NCBI GenBank assembly: GCA_963778115.1
Contig: CAVZSV010000004.1
Span: 1,024,001 to 1,088,000 of the forward strand
Source of the DNA: an uncultured delta proteobacterium
GTDB taxonomy: Bacteria; Bdellovibrionota; FAC87; UBA2466
DNA: 64,000 nt
Direction: 5' to 3'
Shown here: piece after piece, positions 20,229 to 31,276 of the stretch
Layout of the letters: each line of letters starts with the position of its first letter
Position numbering within the stretch: the stretch's first letter is position 1
Notes under the pieces: model-generated
What the model was told of the DNA's origin: nothing
The model's input: the letters and a program-made list of their open reading frames with translations, nothing else
Databases searched by the model: none
Translations under genes and position numbers: made by a program

Positions 20229-20980
20229 AGGATCTCTCCAATTCTTTCAAAGTCTCCTTCGGGAAGCAGCTGTGATGAAATCCCTTTTTTTTGTAAATGC
20301 TCCGAGGTGAACCGACCAATGGATCCGACAGCAACGCCTTCGGGGATGCTAAATTGCCGTACAAAAGCATCTACCGATGAAGGGCTGGTAAAAAGTATCA
20401 TCGACGATTTAGCGATATCCTCCTGAGTGAGAAACCGACCAATATCATCTCTTGGAAAAGTCTTATAGAGAGGGAGTACCGTCACCGAACAACCCAAAGT
20501 CTTTAATCTATCGGAAATAAGCGGTCTTCCCCCTTCCGCCATCGGAATAAAAACGCTGGGTTTGATCTGGCTGTTACTTAAAAGATCTTCAAACTCTTCT
20601 AGGAATTTCTCGCTGCCTGGTTCCGTAGGATAAAAGTCAGGAGTAAAACCATCTTGGCTTGCCGCCTCCGCTGTCTTCTCTCCGATGCAGGCCACCTGCG
20701 TTTGGACGGGGAAATCGATTCCCAGTTCCATCAGTAATTCGGCCCAATAATGAACGCTGCGTTGACTGGTGAAAAGAATCCAGTCACTAGGATGTTCTTC
20801 CAAATTTCTTACTAGTTCGGGAGAGACGGGGAGACGTTCAAAACGAAGCACGGGAACGGCTATCCATTCGAGCGGAGTTCCGCGATGGCCCAGTTCGGAG
20901 GGGAACTTCGAATCCAGATCTTGGTACTCTCCGGTCACTATTATCCGTATGGGGCTAGTCTCTCTAATACTGGGGCTCAT
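20222..20980 (-). CDS. hemD: Uroporphyrinogen-III synthase
   Basis: WILFTSQRSV, CIGEKTA, FTSPSSV, SIGRFT; position between hemC and hemB. Confidence 0.88.
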   Translation of the reverse strand: MSPSIRETSPIRIIVTGEYQDLDSKFPSELGHRGTPLEWIAVPVLRFERLPVSPELVRNLEEHPSDWILFTSQRSVHYWAELLMELGIDFPVQTQVACIGEKTAEAASQDGFTPDFYPTEPGSEKFLEEFEDLLSNSQIKPSVFIPMAEGGRPLISDRLKTLGCSVTVLPLYKTFPRDDIGRFLTQEDIAKSSMILFTSPSSVDAFVRQFSIPEGVAVGSIGRFTSEHLQKKGISSQLLPEGDFERIGEILC

Positions 20981-21912
20981 GCCATAACTTCCTTGAAAAA
21001 ACTGACAGTTTGGTCGACGAGAGTTTGTTCTTCGCTGCCTGAAATGTCAAAACGGTGGAATCCGGTCCAGTCGTGTGTTTTCGAGCCTTTGTCACGCAAT
21101 AGCCCTAAGAAAGCGCGCACCGTGATCAATCCCGATTTGCGATCTTTATGACAACGCACCCCCAAGGGGAGTGTGCAGCCGCCGTGGAGCCCTTTTAAGA
21201 TCTGCCGCTCCATCCGCGTCTCTTGCACCGAATTGGCATCCGTAAGCTTTTGAAATACCTCTTCTAGTTCCGGTCTCAAATTCTCTCGCGATTCCACAGC
21301 GAGTGCCCCTTGTCCTGGAGCCGAGACAAAGACTTCGGGGGACAATTCCACTTTGATAAGGCCCGAAAGGTCGAGACCTAGACGTGAAATTCCTGCTTCC
21401 GCCAAAACCACGGCCGCTACCTTTCCTTCTCTGACCGCCTTTACACGGGTAGGCACATTTCCCCTGAGCGCAAATACCGAGACGTCGCTTCGTTCGCTTA
21501 GCAAAAGAGCTTCTCGTCGCAGCGAACTCGTTCCCACGGTAGCGCCTTTTTTGATTTGAAGTTTTTCGTTCGGAGCGTGCCACTGTTGCGAGATGATCAA
21601 ACAGTCGTTGGCGTTAACCCGAGGCGGAACGGCCGCAACGAAGAGACCCTTAGGCTGATCGGTCGGTAGATCTTTTAGGGAGTGTACCGCTAGATCGATA
21701 GTCTCTTTTAAAAGAGCGTCTTCGAGCTGTTTGGTGAAAAGTCCTGGACTCGATTCCATGGAATAGAGCGGCTTTGTTCGATCTTGATCGCCTTGGCTTT
21801 CTACCTGGACCAGCTCACAGCGGATACCGTGACGCAACATCTCTCGGCTAATCTGGTTGGACTGCACCATAGCCAGATCGCTCTTTCGGGTTCCTAGACG
21901 ATAGGATTTCAT
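20977..21912 (-). CDS. hemC: Hydroxymethylbilane synthase
   Basis: GTRKSDLA, AVHSLKDLP, GTSSLRR, RGNVPTR, GGCTLPLG; start at ATG 21912 with GAGGT RBS. Confidence 0.96.
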   Translation of the reverse strand: MKSYRLGTRKSDLAMVQSNQISREMLRHGIRCELVQVESQGDQDRTKPLYSMESSPGLFTKQLEDALLKETIDLAVHSLKDLPTDQPKGLFVAAVPPRVNANDCLIISQQWHAPNEKLQIKKGATVGTSSLRREALLLSERSDVSVFALRGNVPTRVKAVREGKVAAVVLAEAGISRLGLDLSGLIKVELSPEVFVSAPGQGALAVESRENLRPELEEVFQKLTDANSVQETRMERQILKGLHGGCTLPLGVRCHKDRKSGLITVRAFLGLLRDKGSKTHDWTGFHRFDISGSEEQTLVDQTVSFFKEVMA

Positions 21913-21954
21913 TTTACCTCGCCTGCTTCGCAAAGCCCGAGGATAACACGGATG

Positions 21955-23208
21955 TCATAGGACGCGAATCCGCGACCTTTTAAGAGGTTCGGTCTGTTCC
22001 GTCTCCGAAGCGGGATCGGATACTTTGCGCAATACCGAACGTAAATGCTCACGGGAAAGGTGGAGGTTGCGTTTGACTAGAGATTCGGCCCACCGCTGAA
22101 CTTTAGTGTGGGTCTCCGGAGGAAGATCTTTTTGAACCACTAGCAGGGCTTCCGCTAACCCGTGGTAGAAGCTAGGCTCAACTTCATTAAAGTCTTTAAG
22201 TAGAGGCGCCTCTTTCTGCTGCAAGAAGAAAGCTCTCAAGGCGTCCTCGATAATCTTTTCCGCCTGAAGAACACCCACCGCACGGCTTTTAGAATTCTGC
22301 AAAGCCTCTTCTTTCAAGTCTTCTAATTTGATCACGCGAACATTAGCCTCCACCGGCAGTGTCGCGATATCGGCGGGTTCCGCAAAATCGAAAGCGAGTC
22401 TTTTTTCGCGAGGAATCGCCTGAAAAAAGGATTCATCAAATAGCGGATGAGGACTGGAAGTGGCTGTAAAAAGATGACTAAAATTGGGGGGAGACTTGAT
22501 GAAAGAGTCCAAAGAGCCAATTTCCACTTTTTGGGCTTCTGGAAGGTCTCGCAAAAGTTCAGGATCTCGATTTACCCACAGAATCGGACATTCGGGTCGG
22601 TTCTTCTTAAGCCACTGAACTACAATGACACTAATGGGACTGCGTCCCACTACTACCGCTTGCCGAAGAGGAAGTTCCCCTTCATGGCTTTGCAGATACC
22701 GAAGGCCCAGAGTCGCAACGGACACTGGCTTTTCGCAAATCTTGGTTTCCGAACGAACTCGTTTGGCCGTTTCAAAAGCTAATTGAAAAGCGCGCTCCAA
22801 AGAGGGATCGACGGGAATGCCCAAGCTCTTGGAAAGCCCCAAGGCATCTTTGAGTTGTCCTAAAATTTGGGGTTCACCCACAACCAAGGACTCTAACGAA
22901 GAAGCCACTCGCATCAAATGGCGTAAAGCCGCTTTGCCTTCGAGATGGTATCCTTCGTAGAAGCCTTCCGCTCCCAAACCCAAATGCTGGAGAAGCGTCG
23001 TCCAAAGGCCGCGCGTATCACAGAAAGGATCGTTCGCGGTGGTGTAGAATTCGATTCGGTTGCAGGTGGCTAGATAAACAATGTCAGAAAAGCCAAGTTG
23101 GGTGAGTTCTTTAAGGACGGTAGCGCGCTTTTCGGGTTCTAAAAAAAGTCTACGGCGAATATCCGCCGAGCCTCTCCTAAAATCTGTTCCCCAAACGTGA
23201 ATACGCAT
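21955..23208 (-). CDS. hemA: Glutamyl-tRNA reductase
   Basis: LATCNRIEFY, SLESLVVGEPQILGQLK, AKRVRSET. Confidence 0.93.
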   Translation of the reverse strand: MRIHVWGTDFRRGSADIRRRLFLEPEKRATVLKELTQLGFSDIVYLATCNRIEFYTTANDPFCDTRGLWTTLLQHLGLGAEGFYEGYHLEGKAALRHLMRVASSLESLVVGEPQILGQLKDALGLSKSLGIPVDPSLERAFQLAFETAKRVRSETKICEKPVSVATLGLRYLQSHEGELPLRQAVVVGRSPISVIVVQWLKKNRPECPILWVNRDPELLRDLPEAQKVEIGSLDSFIKSPPNFSHLFTATSSPHPLFDESFFQAIPREKRLAFDFAEPADIATLPVEANVRVIKLEDLKEEALQNSKSRAVGVLQAEKIIEDALRAFFLQQKEAPLLKDFNEVEPSFYHGLAEALLVVQKDLPPETHTKVQRWAESLVKRNLHLSREHLRSVLRKVSDPASETEQTEPLKRSRIRVL

Positions 23209-23280
23209 AAACTACCTTCATTCACTATAGCTGGGGCACAAATTCTTATGTCACGGCTCTGTCACGCATACGGAAAAGAT

Positions 23281-24468
23281 TCACTTTTTTGTGATTGCCC
23301 GGTCGTTCAGCTTAAAAAACCAGTTATTCCAGGATCTTACATCATTAACGGCGAAGTCTTTTCCGGAAATTTTCCTTAAAATGCCGTAGGATAGGTCTCT
23401 ATGATCAGGCTGCTTACTCTGCATCATCTGAATAAGGTCGGGGACGTCGTCCTTTAGAAGAAGGTCTTTGGTGTCGTGGTTACTCCCCACCATCTGGAAG
23501 GCGACGTAGAGTGCTTTGGATCTATCGGAAACCCTGGGAAAGTGGATCGCTTGAACGATGGGTGCCGCTGGAATGACATATTCAGGGTGAAACTCCGCGA
23601 TATCTCCCAAGACTCGCAGAGCATTATTTCTGACCAGATCATCGGGGTCGCGCACCATGGCCATCTCGTAATTCACCACACGATTACCGTCTTTGAGATA
23701 GGCCAACAGATAGGCAGCCGAAGCGCGATCTTCAGGACGGGCGTCTTTCTTTGTAATTTCGACTAACGCCTGTTCGTCTTTCTTCACGCCTTCCACAAAG
23801 ATACTTTCATACTTTTTTAACTTAGGATGCTTGTGGCCAAACGGACAATGTAAAGCCGCGCATTGAGCGATGTCAGGTTCCAGCTGCCCTTTTTCAACCA
23901 GATCAAGGGCAGTGTCCTCGTATTCCTGCCAGCTTTTGATCAAGTTATCGGGATCACTCATCTGCTTCGTCGGGGCTTCATAGAAGGGCATTCGCTTGGC
24001 GACATCAGACTTTTCGACGACATCGAGGGTGACATGGATAGCAAGGTCGCCAGGTTGAAAATATTGCACTACCGACCATTCCGCGAAAGGAAAACCAAAT
24101 TTCTTGATCACTCTTCCCCGCAGAGTCGCTTCCATCTGAGGTGCGGTCTCGTCATTGGCCAGCCCCTTTTTGAGCCACTTATCGAGAGCGGGCCCGAGTA
24201 ACTTTCTGATGATCCCCTCATTAATTCTAGAACTACCGTAAGTGTCCACCGATGCAATGTAGGGCTTTGCGGCTTGGCCATTCTTGGTAAATTGAGGATT
24301 CGCATCGTCGTTGGGAAGTGGAGAGACGGGAGGGTTCGTAAGCCCAGTGAAGGACTCCGTGGTCTCTCCTTGCGTCGTCGGCAAAGTGGGATTTTTAAGC
24401 GGGATGGTATCGCGATCTTCGGCGTACCCCACCACACAGGCCAGTACCAAAATCAGAATAGTTTTCAT
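23281..24468 (-). CDS. Secreted HEAT-repeat-containing protein
   Basis: Signal peptide; RASAAYLLAY and DPDDLVRNNALRVLG HEAT-like repeats. Confidence 0.7.
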   Translation of the reverse strand: MKTILILVLACVVGYAEDRDTIPLKNPTLPTTQGETTESFTGLTNPPVSPLPNDDANPQFTKNGQAAKPYIASVDTYGSSRINEGIIRKLLGPALDKWLKKGLANDETAPQMEATLRGRVIKKFGFPFAEWSVVQYFQPGDLAIHVTLDVVEKSDVAKRMPFYEAPTKQMSDPDNLIKSWQEYEDTALDLVEKGQLEPDIAQCAALHCPFGHKHPKLKKYESIFVEGVKKDEQALVEITKKDARPEDRASAAYLLAYLKDGNRVVNYEMAMVRDPDDLVRNNALRVLGDIAEFHPEYVIPAAPIVQAIHFPRVSDRSKALYVAFQMVGSNHDTKDLLLKDDVPDLIQMMQSKQPDHRDLSYGILRKISGKDFAVNDVRSWNNWFFKLNDRAITKK

Positions 24469-24532
24469 ATTTCATTATTGTACCAGTTTCGTGAAGATAA
24501 TTTCGCGCTGCACGACGTCAAAAGAGGAATAA

Positions 24533-24570
24533 AAAAAGCTCCCCGGGACAGTGTCCTCAGGGAGCTTTTT
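24533..24570. terminator. Intrinsic terminator hairpin downstream of the outer-membrane protein gene
   Basis: aaaaagctccc-cgggaca-g-tgtcctca-gggagcttttt imperfect inverted repeat with A/T tails on both sides. Confidence 0.8.
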
Positions 24571-24589
24571 GAAAGCTTCTGATTAGATC

Positions 24590-25531
24590 TTACAACGTGG
24601 TGCGAAGCACCAGCTGGAAGAATCCGTTCGAAAGTCCATCCGTCTCGGAGATGTCAGCAGTCTGGTAGGCCACACCGAGATCGACGTGGTCCGCCACCGA
24701 GTAGGTGACTTCAGGATTCATCCACAAGATGTTGTCGTTCGATCCGCTCTTGGCTCCAGCCAACGTGTAATTTCGATAGAAGACCGTATTCCAGTTGAAA
24801 GGAACCGAGATCGCTAGCTTGTCATTCAACAAACGAAAGTCGAAGATCAGGTAAACACGGTTTTCAAAGCCCGGATAAACTTCCGTCTTTCCCGTGAACG
24901 TATTGAATTGTCCCGCGGTGTTGTAGGTATGGAAAATCGGAATCTCCATTAGGGTAACATCAATATTGCTCGTCAAGTTTTTCTTAAACTTGAAATAGTT
25001 TCGAAGTGATCCGATGTATCCCGTTCCCTTGAGTCCATAATTCACCGGCAAGTAAACGCGCGGTTCATAGCTGAAGCTCAATCCGTTCTTTTCGTCGACT
25101 AAGATATTATTGATCGGAGCGCGCAGAAGACCGTTTCCGGTAGTGACGCTTAAACCTTGTAGCGTGTTGTCGGCGATGTTGGTGTTAAATTCTTGCCGGT
25201 AGATGAGGGAGAACTTCTTACTGAATTGATAACCCGCTTCGGCCATGTTTTCCGTGCGAAGCGCGTTGTTCTCATTGAAATAGACTCCGGGGCGCAATTC
25301 CAAGACGCCTACCACACGAGCACCGGGTCGTTTTTCCGCCAGCTCTTCTTCCAAAGCGCTATCGGCAGCCGTCGTGTCGATATCTTCTTCGTTGGCGGCT
25401 ACCATCATTTCATGATTGGCCGCGATGGCTCCTTGATTGGCAAAGAGACCCAAAGCCAAGAACAACGCCGGGAACAAAAATTTCTGTCCCGACCGAATCC
25501 ACTTCTCGAACGCTACTAGCGTACTCATCAC
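24590..25531 (-). CDS. Putative outer-membrane beta-barrel protein
   Basis: Signal peptide; alternating aromatic/hydrophobic strands (AGYQFS, FSYEPRVYLP, PEVTYSV, LGVAYQ, FFQLVLRTTL). Confidence 0.7.
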   Translation of the reverse strand: MMSTLVAFEKWIRSGQKFLFPALFLALGLFANQGAIAANHEMMVAANEEDIDTTAADSALEEELAEKRPGARVVGVLELRPGVYFNENNALRTENMAEAGYQFSKKFSLIYRQEFNTNIADNTLQGLSVTTGNGLLRAPINNILVDEKNGLSFSYEPRVYLPVNYGLKGTGYIGSLRNYFKFKKNLTSNIDVTLMEIPIFHTYNTAGQFNTFTGKTEVYPGFENRVYLIFDFRLLNDKLAISVPFNWNTVFYRNYTLAGAKSGSNDNILWMNPEVTYSVADHVDLGVAYQTADISETDGLSNGFFQLVLRTTL

Positions 25532-25614
25532 ATTCCACTCCTCGTGTTAAGTTTCCTGTCCGCATCAACCTGTTTATCAAGGACAGGTCTTATACCATGC
25601 GTCATAAATTAAAA

Positions 25615-25629
25615 GCAACAAAGTTGCCA
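25615..25629 (-). promoter_or_regulatory. Putative sigma54 (-24/-12) promoter
   Basis: TGGCAACTTTGTTGC on minus strand (GG-N10-GC), about 85 nt upstream of the OMP gene. Confidence 0.6.
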
Positions 25630-25735
25630 TATGTAAGGAGTTTAGCAATTTCAAATACTTAAATGAAAAACGGGATGCCGAGCTCCCTTTAGGATTTCGG
25701 TTGGCAGCTCTTTTCTATCGCGTACAATCTGCCCC

Positions 25736-27835
25736 GTGACGACCCAAAAGACTGATAGCAAGACTTCCAATCCCCGAAATCGCCTCATTAATGAGAGCAG
25801 CCCTTATCTCCTTCAGCACGCACGCAATCCGGTCGATTGGTACCCCTGGGGTAATGAAGCTTTAGAGAGATCGCGCCGGGAACAAAAGCCCATTTTTCTG
25901 TCCATAGGCTACTCGGCTTGTCACTGGTGCCACGTCATGGAAAAGGAGAGTTTCGAAAATCCGGATATTGCCAAAGTGATGAACGAGCACTTTATCAACA
26001 TTAAAGTCGATCGCGAAGAGAGACCCGATTTGGACAACATCTATATGAGTGCTGTCCAACTCATGACTCAACACGGGGGCTGGCCGATGTCGGTATTTCT
26101 CACTCCTGAACTAGATCCTTTCTACGGGGGTACGTATTTCCCTCCGGAAGACAGAGGGGGAATGCCTAGTTTCAAAAGAATCCTTCTCGGCGTCGCAGCT
26201 ACGTGGAACGGAAAAAAAGATGAAGTCCTTAAATCCGCGAAACAACTCTCTTCGGCAGTGATAGAGATGGGCAATCCCGCCCCCACCTCTGCCGGAAAAC
26301 TCTGTCTTGAAATAGCCGATCATGCGATCGAGCGGGCAAAGCAGCATTTTGATACTGAATATGGTGGTTTCGGAAATGCTCCTAAATTTTTTCATACGAT
26401 GGATCTCAGGCTTTGTTTACGCCATTGGAAGCGCACCGGGGACTCGGAAGCGCTCGATCTTGTGACGAAGACTCTGGGTAAGATCTCTGAAGGCGGTATC
26501 TACGACCATCTCGGCGGCGGGTTCCACCGCTATTCGACGGATCGCCAATGGCTGGTACCCCACTTCGAAAAGATGCTCTACGACAATGCTCTACTAGCCG
26601 AAGTCTTCTTAGAAACGTTTCAAGCCACTCAAAATGTCGACTACGCTCGCGTCGTCCGGGAAACCCTTAACTATGTCTTACGAGAAATGACCTCGGGCGA
26701 AGGAGGATTCTTTAGCACTCAGGATGCCGACAGCGAAGGAGAAGAAGGTAAATTTTACGTCTGGGAAAAAGAAGAGATCCAAAACATTCTCGATTCGGAA
26801 CTAGCAAGCTTAGTAGAAAAGATATTTGAGGTGAGTAGCAGCGGGAATTGGGAAGGGAAAAATATCTTACATCGGCAGCATTCGTTCGACAGCTGGGCAA
26901 ACAAACTTGGAGTGGAACGAGATTGGCTTGAAGACTCACTGGCCAACGCCCAAAGAAAGCTTTTCGCCTCTCGATCGCAACGGGTAGCCCCCTTTCGCGA
27001 CGAAAAGGTCCTCTTGGCCTGGAATGCCATGATGATCCACTCGTTGGCACTGGGATACCAAGTATTAGGTGACGAGCGCTACCTCAACGCGGCTTGCAGT
27101 GCGGGAGACTTCTTGTGGGAAAAGTTATGTGAGCCAAACCGCTCTACCGGGCTCACTCTGCTGCATGGATACAAAGACGGTCGCGCCAGAGTCTCGGGCT
27201 TTCTGGACGACTATGCCGCCTATGTGAACGCCCTAATCTCACTTTATGAAAGTCGATTCGAAAGCCGCTGGATCCAGCGCGCCGTTCAGGTAGCGGAAGC
27301 GATGATAGCCCACTTTTGGGACGCTTCGACGAGTGCCTTCTATTTTACAAGTCTCAGCCACGAAAAACTAATTTCGCGCCCCAGAGAATTGCACGATGGC
27401 GCAACCCCTTCAGCGACCTCATTTGCCATTACCTCTTTGCTCCGTTTGGGCAGAATGACGGGGCGACAAGATTTTACTACCACTGCGGAAAAAGCCCTGA
27501 TCCATCTTGAAGAGAATATGCGCACCCTTCCCGGTGCGAATGGACAGGCGATTATCGCTCTCTCCTTTTTGCTCGGTCGCCCTCAAGAGATCGTAGTAGT
27601 TCCGGGGAAGTCACCGGATGAAACGGAAACCGTACTTCAAGCGCTACGTACCCATTTTTTGCCCGACAAGGTGGTGGCCTTTGCTGAGCCCATTCCTTCA
27701 AATGAGCTTGCTCCCCTACTTCGAGGAAAACGGTCGCTGGGGGATGAAACGACCGTGTATTTTTGCGAGAATTTCACTTGTGAAGAACCCGTCTCTGGTG
27801 TCGATGCATTCGTAAAGCTTTTGAGTTCCAAATGA
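25736..27835 (+). CDS. Thioredoxin-domain YyaL/SSP411 family protein
   Basis: [46 protein letters not shown]. Confidence 0.95.
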   Translation: MTTQKTDSKTSNPRNRLINESSPYLLQHARNPVDWYPWGNEALERSRREQKPIFLSIGYSACHWCHVMEKESFENPDIAKVMNEHFINIKVDREERPDLDNIYMSAVQLMTQHGGWPMSVFLTPELDPFYGGTYFPPEDRGGMPSFKRILLGVAATWNGKKDEVLKSAKQLSSAVIEMGNPAPTSAGKLCLEIADHAIERAKQHFDTEYGGFGNAPKFFHTMDLRLCLRHWKRTGDSEALDLVTKTLGKISEGGIYDHLGGGFHRYSTDRQWLVPHFEKMLYDNALLAEVFLETFQATQNVDYARVVRETLNYVLREMTSGEGGFFSTQDADSEGEEGKFYVWEKEEIQNILDSELASLVEKIFEVSSSGNWEGKNILHRQHSFDSWANKLGVERDWLEDSLANAQRKLFASRSQRVAPFRDEKVLLAWNAMMIHSLALGYQVLGDERYLNAACSAGDFLWEKLCEPNRSTGLTLLHGYKDGRARVSGFLDDYAAYVNALISLYESRFESRWIQRAVQVAEAMIAHFWDASTSAFYFTSLSHEKLISRPRELHDGATPSATSFAITSLLRLGRMTGRQDFTTTAEKALIHLEENMRTLPGANGQAIIALSFLLGRPQEIVVVPGKSPDETETVLQALRTHFLPDKVVAFAEPIPSNELAPLLRGKRSLGDETTVYFCENFTCEEPVSGVDAFVKLLSSK

Positions 27836-28140
27836 GATTCGTTGAAGTTGCAAAGCTCCAAAGCGTCGAAACCGGAAAAGCACGCCTAGTTCAAATCGAA
27901 GGTCGAGCCATCGCACTTTATCACGTCGACGGAAAATTATTTGCGACGGAGGAACTATGTCCCCACCGTGCGGGCCCTCTCTCTGAAGGCGTTCTTATGG
28001 GAAATGAAATCACCTGCCCCTGGCATGGCGCCCGTTTTAACATCGAAACGGGAGCTGTTTTAAAGGGCCCCGCGGCAAGAGCCCTCACCTGTTTTCCAGT
28101 GAAAGTAGAGGGAAATCGCGTCCTCGTTGGAGTCGAATAA
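27832..28140 (+). CDS. Rieske [2Fe-2S] ferredoxin
   Basis: CPHRAGPL and CPWHGARF motifs. Confidence 0.93.
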   Translation: MRFVEVAKLQSVETGKARLVQIEGRAIALYHVDGKLFATEELCPHRAGPLSEGVLMGNEITCPWHGARFNIETGAVLKGPAARALTCFPVKVEGNRVLVGVE

Positions 28141-28441
28141 GAAATCTATTTGGCGCAATGACGGGCTCGCGGCCTGGGGACATTACCAATACATTCTTGC
28201 GCACTTTAGCGCCAGCAGTGAGAGTCGTCCGTGGGGTCAAGCTCCCACAACCGTTATTATTGGATCGCAAACTTTTCAGAGAAAGAGGCCCTGGTAGGAG
28301 AAAGACTCGAGACAATGACCAAACTTTAGACAACCCCCGGCAAGTGCTGAAACTTAAAGCAAAAGGCTAGATTTGCGGGGAAACGGGCCTGGGAGTGTTC
28401 CGGTAGTAGACAGCCCCGCCTTAAATCTCAAGCTATCCCCC

Positions 28442-28456
28442 TGGCATCCCGTTTGC
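28442..28456 (+). promoter_or_regulatory. Putative sigma54 promoter
   Basis: TGGCATCCCGTTTGC (GG-N10-GC), 31 nt upstream of ATG 28488. Confidence 0.6.
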
Positions 28457-28487
28457 TCAGTAAAGCTTAGTAACTTTGTGTGCAACG

Positions 28488-29498
28488 ATGAAACTACAGC
28501 TTAGACATTTCAGCCTGGTAGTCCTTTTCTTAGTACTTCCGCGCCTTGTCTTGGCGGAAGCTAACAATCAAGCTGCGGCGGCAGCTGCCGGCCAGGGGGC
28601 CAATCAAGCACTGACGGAAGCAGCCTTACTAGGAGCCGCGGGCTCCAAGAGTAGCGACAAGAGCACGCAGATGTTGCTCATGATGATGATGATGATGCAG
28701 CAGCAACAGCAGCAGGCATTTCAACAGAATCAAAAACAAAATTCCGGAGGAGACAGCAAAAGTTCTTCTTCCGACGACAAAAAAGATGAGAACAAAATCC
28801 CTCAGCCTTCTCCTCTTCCTTCGACAGCCATAACCCCTCAAAAGCCAGATGAAACGAATTTAGTGACGCTCGACGGACTTAAACCAAAGCCTAACGATAC
28901 TTCCCCTGTTACCAGTACTGTCGATGTTCCCGATTTTGTTCCTCCTCAGGTTTCACTTAATAAACCTGCGGCTAACAGCACTGCACCAACGACACCCACT
29001 TTTCAGGGGGTGACCACGGTTCCCCAGGCGATTCCACAAAATAAGGCAGACGCTAATGGATTTCCTTCGGGCACCGGCGCTTTGGCTTCAGCGGCTGGAG
29101 GAGATATCGCTGGTTTGGGAAATGTGAGAGCTCCGGGTGTTAAGGAACAGAGCCAACCTATTCCTAGTGCCGGCACACCAGAAGAAGGAACATCCAAAGG
29201 GGCTGAACGACAAGCGGCCCCTCAAGAAGCAGCTTTGGGCGGTGGAGGAAGCGATATGTCTTCAGAAGGATCGGGAAAAAGTGGCGGCGGAAGTCCCGAA
29301 GATTTTTTTAGTATGTTAAACAAAGGCAATGCGGACGACCCCAATGCCGCACCTCCCGATGGATCGCGAGATCTGGCTTCGGAGCCATCCATGGATTCGC
29401 CGGCTCCCGGGGCCATTATGAATATTTTTCAGATCGCTCAAGTACGCTACCAATACGCCGCTTACAAAGAGAAGAGGATCTTGACCCATGCTCAATAG
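28488..29498 (+). CDS. Secreted low-complexity protein with poly-Met/poly-Gln tract
   Basis: Signal peptide, Ala/Gly/Ser/Pro-rich body, MMMMMMQQQQQQ, C-terminal NIFQIAQVRYQ. Confidence 0.8.
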   Translation: MKLQLRHFSLVVLFLVLPRLVLAEANNQAAAAAAGQGANQALTEAALLGAAGSKSSDKSTQMLLMMMMMMQQQQQQAFQQNQKQNSGGDSKSSSSDDKKDENKIPQPSPLPSTAITPQKPDETNLVTLDGLKPKPNDTSPVTSTVDVPDFVPPQVSLNKPAANSTAPTTPTFQGVTTVPQAIPQNKADANGFPSGTGALASAAGGDIAGLGNVRAPGVKEQSQPIPSAGTPEEGTSKGAERQAAPQEAALGGGGSDMSSEGSGKSGGGSPEDFFSMLNKGNADDPNAAPPDGSRDLASEPSMDSPAPGAIMNIFQIAQVRYQYAAYKEKRILTHAQ

Positions 29499-31275
29499 AG
29501 CGAAATGGTGTGTTCGTGCTATCGCGATATCGACGGTAATAATTTCGACTATGGGTGCGACTCAGGCCTTAGCGGAATCACTCTCTAAATTGGAAGCTAT
29601 CGCAAGTCAGGCAAAGAGTCTGGACGATTTTCTATCAAAGCCCCAGCTAATAAACGCCTACCACCAAGCTTTGGTTCAGTATCAACATCGCGACAAATTC
29701 CGTTGTGAATCATTCGAGAAAATTATCAAAAAACTAAAGGTTCTTTGCGGCGTCCCGGGATTTAAGCAATCTCTATGGGCGAAACAAGACCCTAAACCCG
29801 TCTTTATAACGGCATTCCCCTCTGAAGAAGATGCTATAGCGAACCACAACGTCCATACCGTTTATGTATTTCGTCCCGTTCCCAGACTTTTCCACGGAAT
29901 CTGGAACGATCCTTCAAATGGAAGTTGCAAGAGCGATGATTGTGAAAAAAACGACCTTACCAGTCCCGAACGCTGGGCCGTTGCCCTAAAAGGAAGTCAA
30001 CTTTACTACCTGGAGCGAGACGGCATCTTTACCGATCAATCCCTTTTAGTGACTCCGGTCGAAGCGAAAGGAAAGACCTATCCGCTTCTTTCGATAACCG
30101 GAGGACCAGGACTTACTCGTCCTTTGACCGTCGTAAGCTCACTTTCCAAATCGACACGAGTCTCCACACTATTACAGGAATGGGCCGCACGCGCCATGAA
30201 ACGTAATCCCAAGAGCTGGGGGACGTTCGTCGTGGTGAAACATACCGATCAAGGGGCTGAAGTCCGCCCTTGGAAAACCGTTATCGACACGAAACAGTCT
30301 TCCGACAAGCCCATTGCGGCCTTACATAATTTCTCGACGATCGATCGTATGGCTAAAGCCATCGAATCTGCACTTCCCCGCAATTGTCAGCTCGCCCATA
30401 CCGAAACAGCATCCAACCTCTTTCTTGGCTTGGTATCTCCGACTTCCAAGGGCACTAAGACTTCCAATAATTCGTTTCAGACGGCAGCTAACTTAGACTC
30501 GCAGGCTAGCTCTGCTGACCTCGTGCGGATCAATCCGCAGTCCGCTTCCATTGACGCTAGCACTTCAGGCGCCCTACAGTCTGGACAACTCCCACCGGGA
30601 GGAACAAAAACCGAGACTACCCAGACCCAAATCATTTACGGAGATAAAGCAAATCCAACCGGTGGAGGTATTTCAGATAGACTCGATGCCATTGAAAAGA
30701 GGTTAGCACAAAAGGAACCGACGCCGCAGGCGGAGCGAACTTTCGCCAATCGACTGGGGCCCATGGAGGGCTCAGTCAATCCCAGTTCACGAGATCTGGC
30801 TTCGGAAGAAAAAGAGACTTCCCCAAATGCGCTGCCAAATTCGGGGAACCTAAACCCATTGGGCAATCTGGGGATGTCGCCCAATGCCAACCAACCTAAT
30901 GGAGACTCAGGGCAAAATGATCCAGGTAATTTAGGATCAGCCACTCCGACGGATCCAGGAAATTCGGGTGGACTAGCCCCTCCGGCCGGTGCCGCGGCTA
31001 ACGGATCGCAGCCCAATGACCCTCACAACAAGATTAATTTTAAGGATACCGCCCGCGAACTAAGCAATTTGGACGATCCTGCCCTCGAACAGCAGAAAGC
31101 GCAGGAACTAGCAAAACAGTTCCGCCAGGCTCCTAATCAAATTGACGCTGCGGTGGGAATCTTTGGCCCTAATAAAGATGCGGATCCGCAAAAATTAAAA
31201 CGTTTTCAAAGCATGGTGGTCAGCGCTTTAGAGACAAACCCGCCTCCCTGTATGAAGGGAGCCGATAAGAAATAA
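29488..31275 (+). CDS. Secreted hypothetical protein with low-complexity C-terminal half
   Basis: 595-aa ORF, signal peptide, overlaps upstream stop. Confidence 0.75.
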   Translation: MLNRAKWCVRAIAISTVIISTMGATQALAESLSKLEAIASQAKSLDDFLSKPQLINAYHQALVQYQHRDKFRCESFEKIIKKLKVLCGVPGFKQSLWAKQDPKPVFITAFPSEEDAIANHNVHTVYVFRPVPRLFHGIWNDPSNGSCKSDDCEKNDLTSPERWAVALKGSQLYYLERDGIFTDQSLLVTPVEAKGKTYPLLSITGGPGLTRPLTVVSSLSKSTRVSTLLQEWAARAMKRNPKSWGTFVVVKHTDQGAEVRPWKTVIDTKQSSDKPIAALHNFSTIDRMAKAIESALPRNCQLAHTETASNLFLGLVSPTSKGTKTSNNSFQTAANLDSQASSADLVRINPQSASIDASTSGALQSGQLPPGGTKTETTQTQIIYGDKANPTGGGISDRLDAIEKRLAQKEPTPQAERTFANRLGPMEGSVNPSSRDLASEEKETSPNALPNSGNLNPLGNLGMSPNANQPNGDSGQNDPGNLGSATPTDPGNSGGLAPPAGAAANGSQPNDPHNKINFKDTARELSNLDDPALEQQKAQELAKQFRQAPNQIDAAVGIFGPNKDADPQKLKRFQSMVVSALETNPPPCMKGADKK

Positions 31276-31276
31276 T

